This document shows, one piece after another, positions 48,251 to 60,600 of a stretch of DNA of 64,000 bases. Where the stretch lies: NCBI GenBank assembly GCA_964252035.1, contig OZ176214.1. The stretch is one strand, 5' to 3'. Origin of the DNA: Podarcis erhardii (lineage: Eukaryota). Below the pieces are notes generated by a model, which was given only the letters and a program-made list of their open reading frames with translations, was not told the origin of the DNA and searched no databases. The number at the start of each line of letters is the position of its first letter. Within the stretch, counting starts at the first letter, position 1. Made by a program: the position numbers and the translations under genes.

Positions 48251-50759
48251 AGTTAGATACATAGCTTTGTACAAAATCATGTTGCCCTTAAAGTAAAGTT
48301 CCAGCAGAAAATTCTGAGTTGAAATATTCCTTTTTCTCAAGAAGGACGTGGATGGGAGCAGTGTGAAGGACACCTAGGTTCTGCTCAGAGTACGCCTAAC
48401 AACACCTAACAATTCTCAATTCCTTTACAAACTCTGGCTCCCAGAATCCTTTGGGGAAAACCACTGCTGTTTAAAGTGGTGTCATAGTGCTTTAAATATA
48501 TGGTGCAAATATGGCCCTAGTTGGATACAACGTCTAGCCAACTCAGAAGCACATACATATGTAAGCATCTCATTTTATTTGTATGGCACTTCATAGTTCA
48601 GGCCATGCTCATGGGAGCTTACAACATGAAAAAATACGTAATTACAACATAACATAAATAGCCATACATAATGAATAAAACATCAAAATAAAATAAAATA
48701 CATGACCAAACTGAACAATTTCCACATAAATCATAATAAGATCTAAAATACAGATACAAAAAATATATCTCCCCCACCCAACAAAACCCCCTAAACAATA
48801 CCATACCCCAACCCAAGAGTCAAGGGGGGCGGATTACAATCCGAATTATTAATTATTAAATTTCAAACAGACTTCCAATATTCTGGACCTCTGCAGGAAT
48901 CATCTCACACAATTATGTTTTCTGCCTTTTTCTTGTTCTCGTATTTTCTTAAACTCTCAAAATTCTTAGTCCCTGCTTCATCTGTTCTCATCATGTTAAG
49001 CAGCCATGTATCCTTTGATCTGCTGAGTACAGTTTGAATATACCGTATGTAGCAATGAAGATATAAATCATTTGGCGATTGATCAGCTTTCCCAGGGATC
49101 ACTCAAACCCTGCCCTCCGGGTCCTGGAGGGGGGCTGCTAGATGCCCGCTTTGCGCGCTCTCTCATCCATAATGAAGAAAAGCATGCAAACAGATGCACT
49201 GTATATTGTGGGATATTTCCCAAATTATTGTCTCAGATTGTTGTAGAATCAGCCAACAAATGTTTCCCACTCCCTCGAAAAAGGGAGGAATTTGCTCTTT
49301 TTTTGTCCTTCGTCAGAGCTAGCAAACGCCATCTTAGATGCTCCTTTACCTTTTGTCAAGTCCGATTAAAACTGCACAGCTGAATAATTAAAAGCAAATG
49401 TAGATATAAAGTACGTACCAATTGCCTCCGTAAATCAAAACACTAATGATGAGAATCTCTTTGAAGTCTAAACTTAAATACCAACGACTGTGCAGTTCCG
49501 CAGATTGTTTCCTTTTTCTCCTTCAGTCCAAAATACGCCTGTTTTATGCCAAATCTTATTAATTTTTAAGAAACAGGTGCCCCTACGTGTAGGAGTGGCT
49601 CTGGAGAGTGCCAGCCGTACCTTGCTCTTAGACCCAGCGCCCCTGCCGCTCTCACCTTGATGCAAGCCGACAGATCATGGACGATCCACGGGTCTGTGAG
49701 ACAGTCCTCCCCCACCCTGGAGAGTCTACCAGGGCTAATTACCCCCATATCAGCCCTGAATTACTGGCACGGCTGGGGTCCGTCCCACAGCAGGAAAGCT
49801 GGAAGTCCACACCACATATTTAAAGCACATGGTGACTGTCACACACAAAAACCGCCTGGGAGCAGTCATTTTTGTTAAAGTGGACCTTTGCTCAGCAACC
49901 TACTTCTGACAATAGCCAGTCAGATTCCTCCTTGAAGCCCACAAGCAACAGGCCTTCCCCTCTGACTCCTGAAACCAGGTCCAGCCTGAGATATATTGCC
50001 ACTGCAGGTGAAACACCACCTCTCATTCAGATCCTCTGATATGAGCAGCAGGTGTGATGGAAGATCCCAGATTGAGATGCAATTCCCAGAATTCTTTGGA
50101 GGGAGCCATATGCTTTAAATGGATGGCATGGGTTGTATTTCAGCAGTTGCTAGAGTGAAGCAGTGGTGAAAGGTTGCTGCTTTCAAGCTCTGCTAGTGGG
50201 CCTCTAGGAGGCCCCTGACTGACCATCATCAGAAGCTGGTTGTTGAGGAGAGTGAATTCTTAGTCTGATCCAACAGGCTTCCACTGGGTCTGCCACACAA
50301 AAAATTGTGAGTTGTGTTCTTTGGCTATGACTATGGGCTACAAAAATAGAATTGCTGTTTAATCTATAGCATGTTTAGGTGTGTCTGGTGTCCTGATTTT
50401 GCCGGCTGGCTTTCTAAAATGTTTTTATAAGATTATTGATTCCTAGGTGGCTTTTTTAAAAAAAGTTTTTAACATGCGCTTGTGTTTTGGTGGTCATTTT
50501 TATACATGTGGACCACTTTGTGAAGAGAAGAAATCTGTTGATCTTTGTGAAATCTGTCAGTGGGGTAGTATTCAGAAAGCTGGCTTTAATGTATGCAAAA
50601 CCATTCAGTTGTTAGGAAGCTGCTTTAAACTGAGTTAGACCATTGGTGGATAAGGCCATGTACTTTCCACTTTGTCTCATAGAGGCTCCTTGCGGGTCTC
50701 AAGCAGATCTATTCCACAATGCCTGCTCTTGCTTTATTATTGCTATCATTATTGGGAGC

Positions 50760-51241
50760 TCTCCTTCGTAGGGCTTTGCCCTGACGTTCCAGATGGTGCA
50801 AAATGCTGGACCTAGACTGCTGATGGGGACAGATGATTGCCAGCACATAACTCTAGTGCTCAAAAGCTTGCACGGGCTGCTCATACGCTACTGGGAGAGT
50901 TTCAAGGATCTTGTGTTAATTTGCAAGGCCTTTAACTTATATCCCTGACAGATCAATGATGTCTTGGGCAGGAGTCAATTGTTGGTGGTTTCCCATAGTT
51001 AAGGTGCACAGCTAAATATCCACAATGCATTCAGTACTGTGGGCTTGATTTTATAGAACTTGCTTCCAGCTAAAGACAAACAGGACATCTCCCTGTTAAA
51101 CTTCAAGTGCCTACTGAATGCTTTAAAAAATGCTGCAGGCATTTTAAATGAAATCTGATGTTATAAATCAGTTTTTATTTCCATTGTATTGTGATTCTTA
51201 TACACGGCTTGGAGACGGTTGTAGCTAAGTGGTATATAAAT
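50760..51241 (+). mobile_element. Old L2 3' fragment
   Basis: FQMVQNAGPRLLMGTDDCQHITLVLKSLHGLLIRYWESFKDLVLICKAFN matches L2 LQLVQNAAARLLTG...HITPVL..LHWLP. The tail ends gtggtatataaat. Confidence 0.75.
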
Positions 51242-53564
51242 GGTTGGGGAAAGAGGGGGAATTAGTAGTGGTAGTAGGGTTGCCACCCATCCCTCGAAAA
51301 ATATGGCCATCCTTTGTTTGGAGAAAAGTGTCCCCTGTCATGTTAGGACTTCAAACAGGAATCCCTTTTTCACGTATTTGAGCTCATCCGCCTCTTCATC
51401 CTCAAAATTGCATGAAGATAGTGGGTCTAGTGGGAGAAGTGTTTCAGTGACCACATGCATAGATATAATCCTGCTGGGGGGGGGGGGATGTAGTTTTCAA
51501 CATTAGAAGCCTGTGTGTGGCCACTGAACTTACATTCGCAAAGTCAACATGTAAAGAGAAGTTATGATGATCTGTTGTTCCTTAAGATGCATTCTTAGTT
51601 TAGAGAAAAGGCAGGTAAGAGGAGGCAGGACAGAGAAGTATAATAGTATGCCCAATGGGGAGATAGTGGATAGAGAGAAGTTTGTTCCCTCTCTGAGATA
51701 TTGGAACTGGGGGGGGGGGCATCCAATGAAGCTACATTTCCAAAATACAGTCAGACAGACAAGAGAAAGCACACAGTGCATAGCTAAAGTATCTAATTCA
51801 CTCCCATAAGAGGTAGTGATGGCTACCAACTTGGATGGCTTTAAAAGAGAATTAGGCTTATTCTCCATGAATTTGTCTATCAACACAATAACCCTCCACT
51901 GCCATATGTGGAATGGATTCGTCAAATGTGGTGTCAATTAGATTTGAAATCTTACTGGATAGTAATGAGATCCTTGTTCCACATGTTGACATTTGAGTTG
52001 TAAACCACCTTGAATACAGCAGTGTAGAAAGAGAGAGAGTAAAAATTCAAATTCCCTGGTCACTGTGTGAACTGCACCCTGCAGCACTATTTAAAGACCA
52101 TGTACATGCATTGCAAATAAGAATACAAACAGCTGCTCCATGTTGTCTGGTGGATGTGCACTGCAGGCAACACTTATGCACAATGTATATTCAATAAGGC
52201 ACAACAGATAGATATGTGGTGGCCCTTGTTGGGAAGTCACCCACAGGGGCCTAATTGGCCTTCCAATACCTTCTTGAGCTAGACCATGTCTTAGTTGGCC
52301 AGCTCCAGGTTTAAGGGGGGTCTTCTGCATAGTGCCTTTGTGGGGGGTTGCTTTCCTACATTACTGGAACTTCCTCCCCATCCACATGGACGTACGAGGC
52401 AGCAACAAGCATTAGCACCAGTGTAAGAACTTCCGTTTCCCACAATTACCTTGATGCAACTTCATTCTTTGGACATGTTGGGAACTTTAAATGGTGACTC
52501 CCAGACCCAGCACATAAGGAGGATCCTGGGCAGACATCAGTAGTGGCCCCTACTGGCATTCTGGGGCCACAGCATATTGGTCTATATCTTAGAACTGCCT
52601 CTCCCCACCGAGTTATGCTAAGGCAGTGCTTAGAAGGACTAGGTTCAGGTTGAGAACAAATTTAATCAGGCTGTTAGGGGGCTTTAGGATGTCCCATAAG
52701 AAAGGGAAAGATCACTGGAACTGGTCCACAGGTAGCATTTACTCCAGATGCTTACACAACATAGGAATGAATGAAGGAATCTGCCTTATAGAGACTCAGA
52801 CCATTGGTCCACCTAGTTCTGTACAGATAATGCAGAATGGCAGTGACTCTCAAAGGTTTCAGGCTGGAGTCTCACAGCCCTACTTGGAGGTGCCATTGAA
52901 GCTTGAACCTGGCACTTTCTGTGTGCAAGGCAGATGCTCTGTCACTGAACTTCATCCCTTTGTCTAATATCCCTGGCGATACAGATTCAAATATCCCTGG
53001 CGATATACAGTACTGTAAGTGGGGTTTAGTTCTGTGTACATGCAGTGTAGACGTGAAGGTCAGGGAAGGTGGTGGGGGAAGCAGTTGTTAGCTCCTTTGC
53101 ACAATAGTCCTCATCCAGAACAGATTCGCAGATGGAAATAACAATCTGAGTGAGAAGCAATTTCTTACTTCACTCGTAAGGCAGCCTGCAGCTCAATCCT
53201 CTCAAGCAAAAATGTGGCTTTAAAGCTTTCAGCATTCCCCGTTACATTGGATAATTGTCATATCCTTGTTTTTCTTTTGTCAGTAGTTCTGCCATCGATA
53301 ACAGCCTGAGGGGAGGGAGGAAATGTAGGGTTCCTGCAAAATTATCCTTGGGAAAAATAGCCAGAATGTCAATGAGAGTGTTTTGGTTGCGAAAAGGGTG
53401 AGCAGGTGTCTTAGGAGCCCCAGATGAGCTGTGTCCAGGCTTGTACAAACAACCTCCAAATCATGCTTGTTTGTTATTCACAGAGTTTTAAACAGCCTTA
53501 ATTCTGCCATTCCCAGAATTCAGATGGCGCACAATGGCCCATAATGAACAGCACCTGTGCTTAC

Positions 53565-53582
53565 CTCAATTACTATACAAAT
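53565..53582 (-). other. Candidate 18-nt microexon
   Basis: tgccttttttttcctgctgctgtgttCAG | ATTTGTATAGTAATTGAG | GTAAGC. Only phase 0 (ICIVIE) is stop-free. Confidence 0.4.
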
Positions 53583-54464
53583 CTGAACACAGCAGCAGGA
53601 AAAAAAGGCACTTTTTAAACCAATGATAGATTCCAGTGCGCCTTTCATAATTGGATTCAAAAGCTTCAGATTTCATTTTGCAACTTGTTCATAAAACGAG
53701 GGGGGTGTCTGGCACTGATTCAAAAGAACGACTTCGCACCAGAGAAACTGCAGAACCAGCCAACTGCTGGTAACTAAGCAGCCAAATTTTTAATCTGAGG
53801 AATTTAGGCACAGCCAGCTTCCCTCCTTTTGCTCTCGCGCTCCCTAGTCTTTGCTATTGTTATTATTATTTCACTAATTGAATTTCTGTTAAAGCATGGG
53901 GTATAATTTAACATCCTGAATTTATGATACAATAGTGTGCTTTTTTCCTTGGTAATAAATGCATTATTACTGTCACTTTTAATGGAGTTGTGTGTGTTCC
54001 CTTTGCAATTGTCCCTGATACAGCTGCTGCATCAATGTTGTGTGTAGACAATTGAATTAATTGGAGACAGGGTCATTAACTCGACCTGAATACCTCTGAT
54101 TGCTTCTGTAAATAAGGTTAGAGAGCAAATGGCTAATCTTTGTTGTCATTATGGATTCTTTTTTCACATTCTCACACTGCCTAGTATATTAAAAATCATT
54201 TCGCTAAGCAGCTTTCAGGTTGTTGGTGTATTTACTGTATTTCCTTGCATATCGCATAGTAAAAAAAGGGGGAGGGATACTGGAGGGAGACCTGCGATGA
54301 ATTTAGAATTATAAAAACCACCAGACCAACAAATTAATAAGCCAGAATGAATAAGTGGGGTGGGTGAGAAATAAATAAAATCAACAAACAAAACTTTATT
54401 TGCAAATGGTGTGTCGACACTGCTTCACCTCCAGTCAGATTCGGGCTGGATTCAAGTGAAATAA

Positions 54465-54508
<44 letters not shown>
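54465..54508. repeat. (ATT)n microsatellite
   Basis: Direct reading. Confidence 0.97.
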
Positions 54509-56254
54509 GGTGTTGACAAACATTTGGAAACTCAATTTCAGTTGTCCCTTCTCAATCTCCTGATGATGTCATGGGGGGGTGAGCTTCCACCTAATGGTTT
54601 CCAAACCACCACCACCCTACTTTTTATCCAACTTACTCAGGCAAGTTTTCATGGAGATAAGCACACAAATTCAACCGTCTGGGCCTCAAACTTAAGGCGT
54701 AGATGCTGCCACTAGTAAATGTGACTGTCATTGACCCTGGGATGGTTAGGAAAAGATTATCTCTGTCACTCTTGCCGGTGCAAATATGTTGAAGGAGTGT
54801 TGATGGAGCAGTGTCACATTTATCGTAACCGATCAGCCTCCACCAAAGTTGCCCATTGGTAGTTAGTTCCGGGGCAGCAGACGGAGCAGGCGGAAAGGCC
54901 GTCTGGTCCCAGCCATCCCCACCATAGCAAAGATGCAAATCATGGTAAACATTTCTCAGTCTGCAATGATCCCCATAAAATAGCATATGGACATTTTACA
55001 CAAGGCTGTTCTCTTTGGGGTAAGTGGTTGCCTTGCATCCAAGTCGATATGCTTGGGATAGAACTGCACAAAGCAAGGACAGGGCTAACTCAGTTGACAT
55101 CTTTTACTCTAAGCAACTAACTGTTTTCACATGGTTTCGACTCCTGATAGAGAGCTGCTGGAGTCCATAAGAGGGAGGGAGGGAGGGAGCTTTGTCGTGA
55201 GGAGTGCAGCCAACTTCGTATTCAGAATTTGTCAACATGGTCATGGCGCAGCAACATGCTGAAAAAGCCCATTGAGTTTCCACTTTAATCTTATATGGCC
55301 CTGGTAATTATGCCTGCCATAGGAACAAGTTGTTATCCCATAGAGCTAGTGTTTTCTTTCTTCCCTCCCTCCTTCCTTTTCTTTCTTTTATGTTAAAACT
55401 CCTCAGGAGCTCTATCCCATACAAATGAGTCATACGGAAGATTTAGATGAGTCACGCACTGTGCTCTTTTGCAAATACTTCTTGACAGCAGGCTACAATA
55501 AACCAAGAAAACAGCTATAAAAATGGAAATAAAAATATCTCTGCAAAGTAAGGGTTGCCTACCAACCAACCAACCAGGAAGCAAAAAAATGAAACAAAGC
55601 AACATGGCTAGGCCTTTTTGTTTGTGGGTCACTTTCCTAGATAAATAGGCCAAGGTTAGTCCCTCCCACAGTCTGTGGCCCTCCAGGTGTTATTGAACTT
55701 CAAACTGGAAGTTGTCCAACAGCATCTGGGGGGGAGGTCAAAGGGTTGTATCCCAACTTAGTGTGATTCTGCTGTAAGTGTAGAGTAGGTTTGGGGAACC
55801 TAAGGCCCAGGGGCCAGTCATGATATCTATTTGGCCCTTGGGACTCTCCCTAGGCTGACCCCACTCTTTAAGCCAGACCTACCAGTTCTGCTCTGCACCC
55901 ACATCTTGTGCTTTTCCCTGGGCAGAATATGTCCTTTGACTGTGAGATGCCCATCTTGCTTGCCAGGCTAGGGAGAGGTGAGTGTGTATGGAGACCTAAG
56001 TTTTTAGTAGCTTACTGTGAAAAGAAGGTGAAAACCGGTTGCTGCTGTGTGTAGACCATTTTTCGGTAAACACAGAGCTTGTTGACCTGTAAAAAATTTT
56101 TTAAAAAAAATTGCAGGCATGCAGCCCCATACCCACTTTCCCCATAATGATCCATCACCATGCTGTGAGTTTCCTGATAACCACCCACCACTTGACAGAA
56201 TTGGCTGACACCTATGTGGAGCTGTGGCAGCTGACACTTCAGAAAGTTTTACTA

Positions 56255-56846
56255 TCATGGTGTAGCGCTTAGAGTGTTAAACAATGACCTGAGAAACCAG
56301 GGTTCAAGTTCCCACTTACCCATGAAGCACACTGGATGACTTTGTGTCTGTTACCGCCTCTTAGCCTAAGCTACTTCACAAGGTGGTTGTGAGAAAAGAG
56401 AACATGGGTGGTGCTGTGGTCTAAACCACTGAGCCTCTTGGGCTTGCTGATCGGAAGGTCAGCAGTTTGAATCCCCGAATGGGGTGATCTCCCGTTGCTC
56501 TGCCCCAGCTCCTGCCCATCTAGCAGTTCAAAAGCAAGCCAGTGCAAGTAGATAAATAGGTACCGCTGTGGCAGGAAGGTAAACGGCGTTTCTGTGTGCT
56601 CTGGTTTCCATCACGGTGTTCTGTTGCACCAAAAGCAGTTTAGTCCTGCTGGCCACAAGACCCAGAAAGCTGTCTGTGAACAAACACTGGCTCCCCCGGC
56701 CTGAAGCGAGATGAGCGCTGCACCCGATAGTTGCCTTTGACTGGACTTAACCATACAGGGGTCCTTTACCTTTTTACCTTTACCTGTGAGGGGAAAATAT
56801 ACAGCGCCTTGATATCCTTGGAATAAAGGTGGGATATAAATGCATT
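56255..56846 (+). mobile_element. Old tRNA/CORE-type SINE interrupted by a Sauria SINE
   Basis: A box tggtgtagcgctt (about 56258) and B box gggttcaagtt (about 56300). The element breaks at ttgtgag and resumes after 56784 with an L2-like tail ggtgggatataaat. Confidence 0.6.
56398..56784 (+). mobile_element. Sauria SINE, older subfamily
   Basis: ggtggtgctgtggtctaaaccactgagc head, gtgcaagtagataaataggtacc core and (acctt)n tail. Confidence 0.9.
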
Positions 56847-59800
56847 TTAGGAGGTTGGGACAGAAGCCTTGTGAAACTTCCTGTTCTCAGCAACAATTAA
56901 AAAGATCAGATTTACTTCATTTTATTGCAAGAGGCCAGATCAAAACAGAAATAAAATTAAGCATGAGTGAGTTCCTGAATGCACACACAAAAAGCTTTTT
57001 TTTGTACGACTCTCATTCTGTAGGACATAAGCGTCCATAACACCTAACTATGCAATGCCCAATCTGCGGTTTTTCAGCAGGCAGCCTGCTTCCCCCCCCC
57101 CCCCAAACTGGGGACTTGCTATGGCAATGGTTGACAGCAATGGCAGGGTGAAGGGAAACTGGCTAGAAGGCAAGGTCATCAATCAGATAGATTTACACTA
57201 TTTCTTTTACTGTCATTCAGAGCAGCAGGCATTGTGAATTTGGTTTTAAAGAGCCGAGCCTTTTGACTTCCAGGATTCTGATGGCAAAGATTTAAGATGT
57301 CAGCCTTATACATGACACTGATAACATCAGGCAAGCGATGGGAGCAGATCTTTGTAAAATCTGTCATTTCCTCTCCACTCCAACACAGCTGTTTATTAAT
57401 AGTCATTTTCTGATTTATCGTGAATGCTGAGAGGGGTTCTGAAATCCATTTATCTTCAGCAGAAACACCCTCTTGTGTTTTGAATGTCATAATTAGCAAG
57501 AAATTTGAAGTTGGGATGAGGGGTTGACTCTGCCTCTTGCATAAAAACCTTTGAGGCAATGTTTAATCCAAAATGGATTAAAAGCTATTTCTGTTGGTCA
57601 GGTAATCTCTTGTATCCATGGAAAGCCACCTCTTTTCAAACTAGCACATAGTGTAATAATGAACAGAAGCCATTATTGTAATGCAGAGAGAACATGCTAA
57701 GTTTCCCATATGGGAATTTATTTATTTTCCCCAAAACGGGGAGTTAATGAAAGGGAGTTTTTTGTGTTGGACAGTTGCATTGTTTTTATAGCTTGGGACA
57801 CTGTTTGTCCATTTACTTAGATTATCTTTTCATCTTGCCTTTCTGTACCAAAATGCTTGTTACAAAATGCTTACAAATGACACTTGTTCCACTGGTTCCC
57901 TTTACCACTCACTCACCTGAGCCAGTAGGACACGGAGGTTAAAATATGGTGGTTAGAGCTACTAGTATGGTGGTGTCCTGCGGACATTGCAGGACTCACA
58001 TCAATCTCAGCCAATATGGCCACTGAAGTCAGAGATGATGGCAGTCCCAACTTCTGAAGGGCTGTAGTTGGTTACCACTGGGTTAAATTGTTGAACTAGG
58101 ATTTGGGACACTCGGGTTCCAGTCCCCAGTCAGTGGCAAAGCTCATTGGGGATATCTGGATAGCCATTTTATCTTACCCTGACTTAGCACATATTATCGT
58201 TGTGAAACCATGAATGCTGCCTTGAACTCCTTTGGAGAAAAGGTGGGGTACATGTGTAATAAAAAAGCACATAAAAAGAGAGAGATGCCCTGTTGAATCC
58301 TACTGTTGCATTTACTTTGATCAGGGGTAGGGAATTTCAAGTGCGGCCCTTTAATCTTCCTTTTCTGGTCCTCAGAAATCTCCCCAGACCACACCTCTGA
58401 CTGGTCCTGCTTTGGATCCTCCATAAATGTTTTGACCTGGCTGGAAGGTGTAGTTTGATAATGAGTCTTGCTTGCCTGGATGCAGGGTGTGTGTGGGTGG
58501 GTGTAAACTTGCTTCCTGTGCAAAATTAAAATTTGCATGCATTGCTCTGCCCACTTTTGCCTCTGGCCGCACCTACATATGGCATGTGGCCCAATGCAGC
58601 CCATGGTTTGCAAAATGTAGCCCATCTCTGACTTGGGTAGTAAAGTTCAGTCCAGCAGCTGAGAAAGTTGAAGGTTTCTGTCTTTGTGGCCTTCTCTTTT
58701 AAAAACATTCTTTAAAATATTTTCAATAACTCAGAATGTACACGAAGAATGGGAGGTGGGTTTTTTGTTAAAAATAGAAGCATTAATGAAGATGAATAAG
58801 CAGTGCAAACAAGCAGCATATTAAAATAAAGACAAAGCAACGAATAAGACAGATGCAGCAATTATCTTTATCAGTTCAACTCTCATGTAGATTTTTAGCT
58901 TAGTGGCTCTTAAGAGACAAGATTTTGTTTTGATTTTCTTTTAAAAAGACATGTGGTTGCATATTATGAATTTTATCATTCTAATAGTTTATATTTAAAG
59001 ACTATTACTCAATGAAATTATTATTTTGTAGTTTTGTGTGTTTTGCTTGGAACTTGAATTATAAGTGAGTTTGGGGTAATATGATGGCTTCCCAGGTTTT
59101 CCTTAGCTATTCTGTAATAATAGGGGGTTCTGGAGATTTCCTGTGTTGCCCTACACACAACCTAGCTGTTATGAGCAAGCTTATCACCATCATTAAATAA
59201 TCCTATTCAGTTTCTGTTTTTAAATAGTTTGCAAGAAGTTAGTAGCCTGTGATACATTGTATGATGGAAACTTCATTCCAGATAGAGAGATAGATATGGG
59301 GAGCAAGTCCAAAAGATACGGATGAAATCCTTGGATACTTGGCACCTTCTACATAAATCTCAGCTTGGAAGATAAATTTTGCTCAGCCTGCATGGAGTGA
59401 CGTCAGACAGTCTTTGTCCTTTCAGAAAAGACTAGTCACATTTTTATCAACCAGGTTGTCAAAGCTAGATCAGTTTAATCAGTAGGTAGTGTGCCCACAA
59501 GCAACAGGGATGCAACACGTGGAAGCAAATAATTGCACATAGGCTGAGATGGGTTTTTAATGGCCACAGTTTGTTGATTGCAGCATCACAGGGTTTGGTG
59601 TTGCATCAGGTAAGGGTCCAGATATCAAACAGCCCATCTACTTCCCAATGCCACCAAACAGGTCTGAGTGCTGGGATATTAATCAGTGCTGCCTGTCTCT
59701 GCTTATCTTGACTCTGGATCCAACCCAATGTTTGCTTTGTATAATAAGTATATTTACTTTAAATACATTAATGAATTAATTATCTGCCATTTATCCAATA

Positions 59801-60258
59801 AAAAACTGAACTTTCTTTACTTGGTTGGTAGCCCCAGTGCCAAGTGACATTCTTGATCATTGCAGCACTAGTCCTTTACATACTTACCTGAAAGTAAGTC
59901 CTACTGAACTAAACAGTGCTTCCTTCTGAGTAGGCAATGCCTGCCATTGCACTGTGAATATATTTGCAATGTGAAGATCCGGCACCGTTTGTTCTCAAAA
60001 TCAATAATTGCCAGTAATACAGTAGCTATTTATTGTAACTACTCTGCTTCACCTTTAAAGTGGTTTATTAAAATATTAAGGGTAAATGATGTGTTGAAAA
60101 TAATGTAATAACAGTCTCAGCAGTGAGTGGGGGGGGGACACAACCAATGCATGAATTGCACATTTGTTCATCATTTATGGAGCAGAAAAATAAGCCATGC
60201 TCATGACAGCTCTGTAATCATTTAAGAAATGTCTGGAAATGAATCTGTAACTTTAATA

Positions 60259-60497
60259 CAGGGGTACCTCGGGTTGCATACACTTCAGGTTGCATACGCT
60301 TCAGGTTACAGACTCCACTAACCCAGAAATGGTACCTCTGGTTAAGAACTTTGCTTCAGGATGAAAACAGAAATCATGCAGCGGCGCAGCAGCAGTGGGA
60401 GGCCCCATTAGCTACAGTTGTGCTTCAGGTTAAGAACAGTTTCAGGTTAAGAACAGACCTCCAGAACTAATTAAGTTCTTAACCCAAGGTACCACTG
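60259..60497. mobile_element. Tigger-like MITE with TA TSD
   Basis: CAGGGGTACCTCGGG...CCCAAGGTACCACTG, with TA at 60257-58 and 60498-99. Same family as 16939-17152. Confidence 0.88.
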
Positions 60498-60600
60498 TAC
60501 ATGAAGCAAAAGTGGAGGCTTGAACGTGCAAAGCAGATGGCTTGTTTCCTCAAACTACTGAACTGGGGGAGGGAGTGCTCTTGATGGCTATGGAGTGTTT

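Noticed and set aside
48620-48906. AT-rich minus-strand segment resembling a LINE 3' UTR
   Set aside because: Only a few ambiguous codons, no TSD, and the family cannot be assigned.
52966-53010. Short local tandem duplications (also 4381-4415 and 33942-33967)
   Set aside because: These are ordinary slippage duplications with no further structure.
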